The notes below the pieces were generated by a model. That model made no database searches. It saw nothing but the letters and a program-made list of their open reading frames with translations, and had not been told where the DNA came from. Shown one piece after another: positions 9,200 through 17,532 of a stretch of DNA of 32,000 nt (the stretch's first letter is position 1; every line of letters begins with the position of its first letter). The position numbers and the translations under genes are program-made. Origin of the DNA: Candidatus Lokiarchaeum ossiferum. GTDB taxonomy: Archaea > Asgardarchaeota > Lokiarchaeia > Sigyniarchaeales > Promethearchaeaceae. Location of the stretch: positions 960,001 to 992,000 of the forward strand of contig CP104013.1 in assembly GCA_025839675.1 (NCBI GenBank), in the 5' to 3' direction.

Positions 9200-9991
9200 T
9201 TAATTCCGTGTAAAATTCCACTGATTTAGCTGCTGTTTCAATTCTAACATTTTATCCTTTCCTTCTTGGAGCTGGCTTTTGAGAGTTTCTAATCGAATTT
9301 TTTCATTATTTATCATACTCTTTGTAGCTTTTTCGAGGAAAGAGGGATCCATCATTTTTTCAAGATGAAGTATTTTTTGCATCAATTTTTCATCCTTTGC
9401 CTTCAATATTCCTAGTTGACGCTCTAAATCAACAATTTCAGGATCTAAATAATCCCAGTTATTATCTCTTTGTTCCATTAGTGATTCCAATTGAGAGAAA
9501 GAAATCATTTGGAAGTGATTAGCATCCACTGACACATTGAATCGCTTTCCCTTGATTTCAGTATTTGTGTTGGAATGATGATGTCCATAAAGTTGCCAAG
9601 AGTTATGATGAGAATGAATAAATGAATGCATCGGATAATGACATAAAGTAATAGTTTTATCTAAAATTCGAATTTCTTTCAGAATTGAGACACTTGTGCA
9701 ATATTTTTTATAATAGGATACCATGTGCTTATCATGGTTTCCTATAATGAAATGAAAATCTACAAGTTCGGTGAGTTGTTTTAGGATGGCAAGAATCTCC
9801 ACGTGTTTTGATTTAGAAGCAAAACTAAAATCTCCGAGGAAATATACAACGTCTCCTTTGTTCACTGTAGAAAAAAACATTTTCAAAATGGAATTATTCA
9901 TATCTTGAACATTACTGAAGGGACGTTCGGAATATTTGATAATATTTGAATGAAATAAGTACCAATCTGATGTGAAATATATATTTTGCAA
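9200..9991 (-). CDS. Calcineurin-like metallophosphoesterase (COG4186-like) with a C-terminal coiled-coil extension
   Basis: Metallophosphoesterase motifs occur in order: FTSDWYLFH (motif I, atypical), YFLGDF (GD), IIGNHDKH (GNHD), CHYPMH, YGHHH (GHxH). The last roughly 90 aa are heptad-like and K/E/L/Q-rich (LERQLGILKAKDEKLMQKILHLEKMM ... LKSQLQEGKDKMLELKQQL). Confidence 0.85.
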   Translation of the reverse strand: MQNIYFTSDWYLFHSNIIKYSERPFSNVQDMNNSILKMFFSTVNKGDVVYFLGDFSFASKSKHVEILAILKQLTELVDFHFIIGNHDKHMVSYYKKYCTSVSILKEIRILDKTITLCHYPMHSFIHSHHNSWQLYGHHHSNTNTEIKGKRFNVSVDANHFQMISFSQLESLMEQRDNNWDYLDPEIVDLERQLGILKAKDEKLMQKILHLEKMMDPSFLEKATKSMINNEKIRLETLKSQLQEGKDKMLELKQQLNQWNFTRN

Positions 9992-10141
9992 GTTTAGTTC
10001 ATTCCTTTTTCTTAAATATGAAATATCTCTTGAATCTTATTAATTTCTCCATTTATTGGAAAACCGGTCATAAATAAGTAGATGATGAGGCTGAATTAAT
10101 TCTGTTATGCAGGAGCTCTAATGAAAAGGTGAGAAAAAAAA

Positions 10142-10984
10142 TTAATAGTCTTTGCTATTTATGGATTTACTATGCTTCCTATTTAGTAACCAAATTATTC
10201 CTATTGTAAGCAAGAAATTCGCACCAATCCCAACTCCAGAATACCCCGGAATATTATTCTCATTTGTTGAAAATCCAATTGTTGGATCATGTAGTAAAGT
10301 GCCATTGAAATGTGAGAAAGAAATATAAGCCATTGGTTGCCCATTTTCTTCACCATCCTTCATTCTAGCTTTAATTGTCTTATTTCCTGCATGAGCGGTA
10401 GTTTCACTCTCTAAATATCCATTATCACCAAATTCGATTTTATTTCCATTACGAGATGCACGATTTTTGTTTCCTTGCAAATGAAATCCAAGAACCAACA
10501 TTGCATTTTCATCCTTACTTATAAACTCATAATTTTCAATAAAAATATCAAATTTCAAACTAGAACCATTTACATTCAGGTGATTTCGAAATTGTAATGT
10601 GAAATTCTCTCCTTGACTTGTTAGATTAAAATGATAACCCGCCCCATCCGTTGTTATAGCACTAAAATTCCACGAAAGGGAAGCTAGAGCATCATTAGAA
10701 GACGGTACGATTGTTTCATTCCCTTTATCATATTCCCCATTTTGATTCTCATCGACTACTTCAAATATTCTGTTAAATTTTACCTGATATTTGGAATTAT
10801 TTTGATTGAGTTGCCAAAGTGAATAAGCAGGAGTGTTGGCACCACCTGTGATACTGATGGAAATTTGATCATTTTGAATATAGAAATCATCATTCTTCCC
10901 AGCACTAGATCTATTACAAAGGGGCATAATGAAAAGGCATGCTATTATCAGAACTGTGAATCTTGTGAAAGATGTATTTTTCAT
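10142..10984 (-). CDS. Secreted or surface protein with a signal peptide and a C-terminal TM anchor
   Basis: The N-terminus MKNTSFTRFTVLIIACLFIMPLC looks like a signal peptide. There are several N-x-S/T sequons. The C-terminus is IPGYSGVGIGANFLLTIGIIWLLNRKHSK, which reads as motif, TM helix, then basic tail. Confidence 0.8.
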   Translation of the reverse strand: MKNTSFTRFTVLIIACLFIMPLCNRSSAGKNDDFYIQNDQISISITGGANTPAYSLWQLNQNNSKYQVKFNRIFEVVDENQNGEYDKGNETIVPSSNDALASLSWNFSAITTDGAGYHFNLTSQGENFTLQFRNHLNVNGSSLKFDIFIENYEFISKDENAMLVLGFHLQGNKNRASRNGNKIEFGDNGYLESETTAHAGNKTIKARMKDGEENGQPMAYISFSHFNGTLLHDPTIGFSTNENNIPGYSGVGIGANFLLTIGIIWLLNRKHSKSINSKDY

Positions 10985-11664
10985 ATTTCCTCACTATTTA
11001 AATTAATTTCAACTATAAAAATAATCGGATAAATAACAAATGCAAAAATCATGAGATAAGAAAAAAAAACACAGGCACTGCAAGATAGCAGAAAGATTCC
11101 ATTTAAGGATGACAAATAAAAACGTTGTATGATCAAAGATACAGACTTGGTACATCTAATGGAAAGCCTTCTTGTGATCTAGTGGGCAATCTATCTACAA
11201 TGCAAGCAAATCACTATTTTCAGGCCTTTTATGATCCAGATTTGATAAATTATGGAAAGCTAAATTTCCTTTTTTATTCAAAAATCCTTAGGGCTTCTCA
11301 AACCCAACCTTCTCATACTACTAGGATCGATGTTCCACCCTTGTTTTTACAAATGGCAAAAAAAATCGGAAATAAAACAATTCAAAGTAATAGCTGTAAG
11401 TCCAATCAGTTTCAATCTGAACATGCGGATTTTGTATATGAGCAAAGTAATGATTTACTCACAATAATCCCTCAAATCACAAAAATTCCTTAAACTTGAT
11501 AAAAGAATATAATCATCTTTAAAACCTTTCAAACGTGTAATAAACTCCAAATCTTGAAAGGCGGTCGTTTTGTAAATAAATGTATAGCTAAAAATCATAA
11601 AACTTTTAATATTTGATGAATTGAAATACTTAGACGAATTTAATTGTCTAACTCTTTCTTCATC

Positions 11665-11739
11665 GGGCCCATGGATTAGCGGTATATCGCTTGCTTGGCA
11701 TGCAAGAGGTCGGGGGTTCAATTCCCCCTGGGTCCACCA
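11665..11739 (+). tRNA. tRNA-Ala (anticodon GGC) with genomically encoded CCA
   Basis: I folded the cloverleaf by hand. The acceptor stem is GGGCCCA/TGGGTCC and includes the G3:U70 wobble, the alanine identity element. The anticodon stem is CTTGC/GCAAG with loop TTGGCAT (GGC at 11697-11699). The variable loop is AGGTC. The T arm is GGGGG-TTCAATT-CCCCC. The discriminator is A at 11736, followed by CCA at 11737-11739. There is no intron. Confidence 0.93.
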
Positions 11740-11742
11740 TTA

Positions 11743-11757
11743 TTTTTCTTATTTTTT
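11743..11757 (+). terminator. Oligo-T tracts immediately 3' of the tRNA
   Basis: TTTTT (11743-11747) and TTTTTT (11752-11757) lie directly after the tRNA 3' end, which is a typical archaeal termination signal. Confidence 0.4.
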
Positions 11758-12097
11758 AAAAATGATTTTGGCTTTGAATTAATATCTTGATGCGTAAACG
11801 AACTTATTTTGATAATTACTTGTAAAAAAAAATCAAATCAACCATCCAGGTAATTTTTCGGTATAGCCTTTGATCGATGGGTACAAGGATATTTTTTATT
11901 GCACAATAATTATATCTTTAATTTGAGGAAAAATTATCTTCGTCTAGCAAAACTGATTGGAGGCAGAGGATTATTACATTCGAGTATAATGCCACTTGTT
12001 TCTGTAAAGAAAAGAAGTATTTATTCTCAACAGAATCAATCTTTGAAATCTGAAGAATGGAAGGAGAAAAAAACCTAATAAATAAAGGGACCTATTT

Positions 12098-12589
12098 TTA
12101 ATCCTTCCAATAATAGTAAGCAGGGAAATTTGTGTTAGGTGCTTTTTCATTCGATAACAATTTAATTAGGTAAGCAAGTTGTCCTCTATGATAGGTAGCA
12201 TGATCACAATACATCTGGATGTAAAGATCGCGATCATATAACTTATGTTCTTCATTTTTATTGGTAAATTCTTGATCCTTCAGGTTTTGGAAATACTCTT
12301 CTAAATTATTTAATTGCGTTCTCCAAAAAGTCAGAATCTCAGATTTGGACATTTTTGCAACAATATCATATTGTTCCCCAAATTCTTTCATTGTTTTAGT
12401 AGAAAGCATAAACCAACACATGGGAATGTGCATAGCGAGATGGCGTATAGAACTATCAATTTTCTTATTTTGCATTGAAAAGGTATCATCAGGGATTTTC
12501 TCAATTACACTGATAAATTTCTCTTCGGCCCACCTATAATAATCAATCAGATCACTTCGTGTATATTCAATCTTTTCCATAGTAATCAC
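12098..12589 (-). CDS. DinB-superfamily (DinB_2-like) four-helix-bundle metalloprotein
   Basis: 163-aa ORF. It has the conserved His positions (HLAMH ... DHATYHRGQLAYLIKLL) with the HxxYHRGQ signature of DinB-like proteins. Confidence 0.85.
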   Translation of the reverse strand: MITMEKIEYTRSDLIDYYRWAEEKFISVIEKIPDDTFSMQNKKIDSSIRHLAMHIPMCWFMLSTKTMKEFGEQYDIVAKMSKSEILTFWRTQLNNLEEYFQNLKDQEFTNKNEEHKLYDRDLYIQMYCDHATYHRGQLAYLIKLLSNEKAPNTNFPAYYYWKD

Positions 12590-12914
12590 AATTTTTTTTT
12601 GTTTGTTTCTAATGATTCTGTTTTCATTCTCATTAGAACTTATCTCATATCTAGACCTTGTGCATATTTAATATTATTTGGTTATTAATTTAGTAGAATT
12701 TTCATTAAAGCAATGGCAATAGCACTCCGCTAAATTATAAGTAGGGAATGGCTGAAAATTCATTTTAAATCTCGACTATAAAGATTAAGGAAATTTTTTC
12801 GCTGGAACATCAAAAAAAACCATATTTCCATAGTTTCAATAAGCCAAAAATTTGAAAAGAAAGACACTATTATAGGACTTATCTTCACGATACTTCATTA
12901 GAAGAGGGAAAAAA

Positions 12915-13697
12915 ATGCCAATAATAGGTTTAAATCACAATTTATGCACAAGGTGCCTACAATGTGTCAAAGAATGCCCCGCATTCTGTTTTCGTCATAA
13001 TGAAAAATTAAAAATTATCCAATTTGAAAATAGTAATAATAGCTGTATCCTTTGTGGACACTGCATTGCTTGTTGTCCTGTCGAGGTCATCAACTATGCT
13101 GGAATGGGGGAACCAACCAAATTAACTAACTCATCAGAAATGCCGACCTATGATCAGTTACACAGCATGTTTCGTCAAAAACGATCAATACGCCATTATA
13201 AACCAGAAGCATTGTCGCCAGAAGATCTGAAAAAAGTCACGGAAGCCATGAAATATGGTCCAACAGGGTCTAATATTCGAGATATGAAGGTGACTATTAT
13301 CAGTGATTCGGTTAAAATTCGAGAATTATCAAAGGGAGTGGTTGAAACGTTACTAAAAAGTCCTGACACCAGTGACAATTATCGCCAATTACTCAAATAC
13401 AAGCAATCAATTGGATTGGATCCAATTTTCTTTAAAGCTCCACATGTGGTTATCATTTCAAGTAAAGAGAATTATGATATTGTGAATGCAACGATTGCCA
13501 CCACCTATGGAATGTTGGCCGCCCACAGTTTACAGTTGGGAACATGTTGGATCGGTTTAGCCTATATGGCATTTCTCGCAAATCAAGAACTGGGAGAAAA
13601 AACAGCGCAAATAGAAGGCAAAATATGGAACGTGTTTACTTTGGGCCTCCCCAATATCAAATTTTATCGAAGTCCACCACGCCCACCTATGTTGTGA
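12915..13697 (+). CDS. 2x[4Fe-4S] ferredoxin domain fused to a nitroreductase-family flavoenzyme
   Basis: There are two CxxCxxCxxxCP motifs (CTRCLQCVKECP, CILCGHCIACCP). A nitroreductase signature follows: KRSIRHYKPE ... GPTGSNIRDMKVTIISD ... GTCWIG. The start is ATG, preceded by GAAGAGGG. Confidence 0.9.
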   Translation: MPIIGLNHNLCTRCLQCVKECPAFCFRHNEKLKIIQFENSNNSCILCGHCIACCPVEVINYAGMGEPTKLTNSSEMPTYDQLHSMFRQKRSIRHYKPEALSPEDLKKVTEAMKYGPTGSNIRDMKVTIISDSVKIRELSKGVVETLLKSPDTSDNYRQLLKYKQSIGLDPIFFKAPHVVIISSKENYDIVNATIATTYGMLAAHSLQLGTCWIGLAYMAFLANQELGEKTAQIEGKIWNVFTLGLPNIKFYRSPPRPPML

Positions 13698-13699
13698 TG

Positions 13700-13708
13700 T
13701 TTTTTTTT
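13700..13708 (+). terminator. Oligo-T tract right after the nitroreductase stop codon
   Basis: Nine consecutive T begin 3 nt after the TGA at 13695-13697, followed by a further TTTTT. Confidence 0.4.
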
Positions 13709-14116
13709 AATTTTTATGAACAAGAATAAATTCCTGCAAATCCAGTTTGAATCGCAAAATTCTAGATATACTTCGGAATCATAGGTATGGTCATGGTGTT
13801 TTTTAGCTTTTCTTATTTCATAACCCAATATCTTAAATTAACAAAATATAGGGCGGTTCTTCTAATTTAAGAAAGAAATTATCATGATTCAAGTGACAAT
13901 AATTATACCAATATTATTTTTAACATAATAAATTGTACTCAAACCATATTCATAATCAGAGATTCGATCAAAGGAAGTATTTCGCTGACAAAAATTTACA
14001 GATCTTTTAAATTTTGATTAAAAGTTGATATCAATAGCGACAGACCAGCAAGTATAGGATAACATGCAAATACTTGCAAAGTTCCTCTTCCTTTAAAACG
14101 AGATTGAGGAAAAAAA

Positions 14117-17100
14117 ATGAGATTCGAGAAATTTAATCGATTAAATAACCGTATGTTCTTTATCATCCTGCTATCGTTGGTGATATTTGGATTAAGTTCA
14201 TCATTAACTAGCAATAATAAAGACATGTTTCAGAATGATTTCAAAAACACATCTATACAAGCCGCTCATAATAGAATCCCTCAAGTACCAATCACCATCT
14301 CAGGGGATAGTGCTATGGACAGTTATTTCACTGCAGAACCTTCAGATGGCCTATCATGGGAATCTGCACATAAAATGACGAATTTGTCAATAATTGGGAC
14401 AGGTTCTGGAATCGGAATTGAAATTCTATATACTACAAGATTTCTCATTATTTCAGATTGCTTGATACAAAATTTCAGCTCAGGCATATACTTACGTTCC
14501 GTAGCAAACATTAGAATTGAAAAATCGGAGTTAATTAGCAATGATTATGCGGTTTACTTAAAAGAGTCATTGAATTGTTCAATAACCGAGAATGACAACA
14601 TTTCTGAAGGTACAGATTTAATTCGCGTCGATGAATGCAGGAATATATCAATTAGCAACAATATTTTTACGGAATCAATTCAAGCATCAGTTTATATCAA
14701 TCAGTCCAATGAAACTCACATCATAGATAACAAAATGAGTAACTTTTCGCGGGGAGTTAGCTTATATTTTAGTGACAGAAATGAAATCATGAACAATTCC
14801 TTTCATCGTGGATATCAAGGAATATCTTGTACGGAGGGACACGATAATATTTTGATTGGAAATCATATATCGTTTAATGATCACAATGGTATTTGGTTAT
14901 CTGGAATGAGAAATTTGATAAAAGATAATATCATGGAATATTCATACTTTGGAATGTATATCGCTTATGACTATAACCAAGTAATCAACAATACAGCGAA
15001 TCATAACATAAATGATGGGATTTTTGCAACAAATGCTCATTCAAACTTATTTGTTAATAATACAGCATATAATAACACTCATAATGGTATTTATATAACA
15101 GGAAACAACATGAATGTTTCAAATAATGTAGCTTTTAAAAATGGACAAAGTGGAATGATGATTCAAGGATCATATGGAATAGTATCAAATAACTCTGCAT
15201 TCAATAATACTGAAAATGGGTTCTATCTACTGGGAAGCTATAATAATTATACAACCAATATCGCCAACAGCAACACTGAATATGGAATTTCGCATTCAGG
15301 ATCTATGAACAATTTTACTTTTAGCAAATTAAGTGAAAATGAAGATGGTTTTGAATTGAAAGATGGGAGCAATAACAACAACTTCTCAGAAAACATCATA
15401 TGGAATAACACAAATCGTGCTTTTTCTGTATATAGAGCACCATATAATATGATTTCTCGAAATGAAATATACAATAATACAATAGGAATAGAAATTAAGG
15501 AATCTCCACACACAATTACCAACGATAATCTTATTGTCAATAATTCGGCGTATGGAATTTATTTGTATAAAGGTGAAGCGGAACAAATATCAAGAAATAC
15601 ATTCCTCTCAAATTCTTATGGAATATATGTAACTTTGGCAAATGAAAAAAATATATCTGACAATAAATTTATCTCAAATACGTATGGAATTTATCTCTGG
15701 TATGGAGAAAATAATAGTATATCAAATAATGACTTTACTAAATCAAAATCATACGGAATTTATATTTACTATGGAACTTTGCATAATATAATCAAGGGAA
15801 ATATGTTTTCAAACAATTTAAACCATGGATTAGGGTTAATTCAATCGAACCACAACTTAGTTATAAATAATACTTTTAGTAATAATCTCGCGAGTGGAAT
15901 ATATGCATATTTAACAGAATTTAATATAGTCACTCAAAATCTATTTGAAGGAAATGAACAACATGGTGCTTACTTTCGGGGTGATAAAAATACCACCATT
16001 TCATTCAATATTTTTAGATTCAATATCCAGAATGGAATTTTTGCGCAAAGCTCCGAAAACAGCCAAATAATTAATAATTTTGCCCATATGAACAATGTAA
16101 GTGGAATTTCAATCAGAACTGGAATAAATTATGAAGTCAAGGATAACATCGTGAATAATAATAATAAATCTGGTATTTCGCTATGTTTTTTCCATATAGC
16201 TTCATTTTCCAATAATTCTTTGACAGGAAATTCCTACTACTTAGAAGGACAAAGTATTCAACTTGAAACTCTTTCTTTTCTTAGTCCAAGCTATGTCAAT
16301 AATAAGCCAGTGTATTTTTATAATAATGAAATACAACTATCGCCATCCAATTTTGAAAACGCAGGTCAAATTATTCTATACAATTGTTCGGGAGTAGAAA
16401 TTTCGAATTTAAATTTAATATCGGGAACGGTGGGTATTGGATTGTACTTTTGTGAAAATATCTTAGTGACAAATAATTCCATTTCATCACAAACTTATGC
16501 AGGAATAATGCTCTATTTTTCAAGCAACATTATTATTACCAGGAATATAATGAGAAATAATTTAGGATATGGCCTTTTTCTGAAATCCTCCAATGATAAT
16601 ACAATCTTTTTTAATTCGATATATGCGAATTCATTATATAATGCCTACTCAGATTCAAGCACAAATAGCTGGGATAATGGAACAATAGGGAATTACTGGG
16701 GAGATTTTTTAATTCAAAATCCAAGTGCCCAAGAATTTTTTATAATCTGGAATGAAAAATATTTCATCGCAAATACTGATATTCAATTTGACAACTATCC
16801 GCTAAATAAACCATTTTCATCAATCTCCTTGGAAGAATTGAAACTTTATTATTTAGAAACACATTTCCTCGATGAAAATTCTACAACAACAACCACAACA
16901 ACAACAACCACAACAACATCCACAACAACAACCACAACACCATCTACAACAGCAACATCGACTAGTACAAGTACAACAACTGCTTCAACTGAAAGTGAAA
17001 CGAGTAGTAATCCTTTTGTAGATACTGAATCAATAAAAGGTTACAATTTTGGAATTATAGTTTTATCATTGATTTGTTTCGTTTTTTATATTAAAATGCG

Positions 17101-17119
17101 TTTTAGGCGATCTATTTAA
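14117..17119 (+). CDS. Giant surface protein built of right-handed parallel beta-helix (PbH1/NosD-like) repeats, with a Thr-rich stalk and a C-terminal TM anchor
   Basis: 1000-aa ORF with an ATG preceded by GAGGA. The N-terminal signal/TM is FFIILLSLVIFGLSSS. Dozens of roughly 22-23-aa repeats follow the N-x-I-x-x-N pattern with recurring YGIYL/YGIYV/NGIF cores. There are very many N-x-S/T sequons. The poly-Thr/Ser linker is TTTTTTTTTTSTTTTTTPSTTATSTSTSTTTAST. The C-terminus is KGYNFGIIVLSLICFVFYIKMRFRRSI. Confidence 0.9.
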   Translation: MRFEKFNRLNNRMFFIILLSLVIFGLSSSLTSNNKDMFQNDFKNTSIQAAHNRIPQVPITISGDSAMDSYFTAEPSDGLSWESAHKMTNLSIIGTGSGIGIEILYTTRFLIISDCLIQNFSSGIYLRSVANIRIEKSELISNDYAVYLKESLNCSITENDNISEGTDLIRVDECRNISISNNIFTESIQASVYINQSNETHIIDNKMSNFSRGVSLYFSDRNEIMNNSFHRGYQGISCTEGHDNILIGNHISFNDHNGIWLSGMRNLIKDNIMEYSYFGMYIAYDYNQVINNTANHNINDGIFATNAHSNLFVNNTAYNNTHNGIYITGNNMNVSNNVAFKNGQSGMMIQGSYGIVSNNSAFNNTENGFYLLGSYNNYTTNIANSNTEYGISHSGSMNNFTFSKLSENEDGFELKDGSNNNNFSENIIWNNTNRAFSVYRAPYNMISRNEIYNNTIGIEIKESPHTITNDNLIVNNSAYGIYLYKGEAEQISRNTFLSNSYGIYVTLANEKNISDNKFISNTYGIYLWYGENNSISNNDFTKSKSYGIYIYYGTLHNIIKGNMFSNNLNHGLGLIQSNHNLVINNTFSNNLASGIYAYLTEFNIVTQNLFEGNEQHGAYFRGDKNTTISFNIFRFNIQNGIFAQSSENSQIINNFAHMNNVSGISIRTGINYEVKDNIVNNNNKSGISLCFFHIASFSNNSLTGNSYYLEGQSIQLETLSFLSPSYVNNKPVYFYNNEIQLSPSNFENAGQIILYNCSGVEISNLNLISGTVGIGLYFCENILVTNNSISSQTYAGIMLYFSSNIIITRNIMRNNLGYGLFLKSSNDNTIFFNSIYANSLYNAYSDSSTNSWDNGTIGNYWGDFLIQNPSAQEFFIIWNEKYFIANTDIQFDNYPLNKPFSSISLEELKLYYLETHFLDENSTTTTTTTTTTTTSTTTTTTPSTTATSTSTSTTTASTESETSSNPFVDTESIKGYNFGIIVLSLICFVFYIKMRFRRSI
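16883..16982 (+). repeat. Imperfect ACA/ACC trinucleotide tract (coding microsatellite) encoding the Thr-rich stalk
   Basis: The run acaacaacaaccacaacaacaacaaccacaacaacatccacaacaacaaccacaaca then degrades into aca/tcg/agt codons. It lies in frame inside the beta-helix gene. Confidence 0.7.
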
Positions 17120-17205
17120 TTAATTCTTTTTTATTTTCAAGTTCAAAATTTATCGGAGTCCCCCACGTCCATCTATGTTTAAGCATTTATGAAGCAAAAA
17201 AAAAT

Positions 17206-17466
17206 TTATATCTCTCCAAAATCGGTGTGGGTTTCGATATTCTTGAAGTGTTGCTTGAATCCGATTTTACTTTTTGGAATTTGTTCATTTTCCTTTTGTC
17301 TATCAGTCCAATATTTTATAAAGCCATAATTTGCAAGAAGGATGAAAAATTCTGACAGCAAAGCAACATAAGTCTTCGTTTTTATCACATAAATAACTGG
17401 GGATATAGTTATTATTACGAAGAAAAATATCCATAAGATCAAGTACGGATGGATTTTATGCCCCAT
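17206..17466 (-). CDS. Small two-TM membrane protein, hypothetical
   Basis: 86-aa ORF with an ATG start in its own intergenic slot, convergent with the beta-helix gene. It has two clear hydrophobic helices (YLILWIFFFVIITISPVIYVI, YVALLSEFFILLANYGFIKYW) and a polar tail. No family was recognised. Confidence 0.5.
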   Translation of the reverse strand: MGHKIHPYLILWIFFFVIITISPVIYVIKTKTYVALLSEFFILLANYGFIKYWTDRQKENEQIPKSKIGFKQHFKNIETHTDFGEI

Positions 17467-17532
17467 AGGTCAATGGTTGTGATTTTCCTTTATAAATCTT
17501 AGGATAAACAGTTACATTAGAGTTCATTCAAA

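Noticed and set aside
11125-11493. 122-aa plus-strand ORF (TTG start) in the 680-nt gap upstream of the tRNA
   Set aside because: It has a non-ATG start, Q/S/N-rich unstructured-looking composition, and no recognisable motif or ribosome-binding context. It may be a gene remnant, but I cannot support it as a gene. The gap itself is noted as unusually long.
11455-11721. 88-aa minus-strand ORF
   Set aside because: It overlaps the well-folded tRNA-Ala on the opposite strand. Its N-terminal residues are simply the reverse translation of the tRNA, so it is spurious.
11989-12078. 29-codon basic ORF (MPLVSVKKRSIYSQQNQSLKSEEWKEKKT) between the tRNA and the DinB-like gene
   Set aside because: It is too short to evaluate without conservation or expression data, and it has no adjacent ribosome-binding motif.
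11665-12100. tRNA gene as an integration site for a mobile element
   Set aside because: No integrase or recombinase gene lies nearby, and I found no repeat of the tRNA 3' end elsewhere in the window that could serve as an att site.
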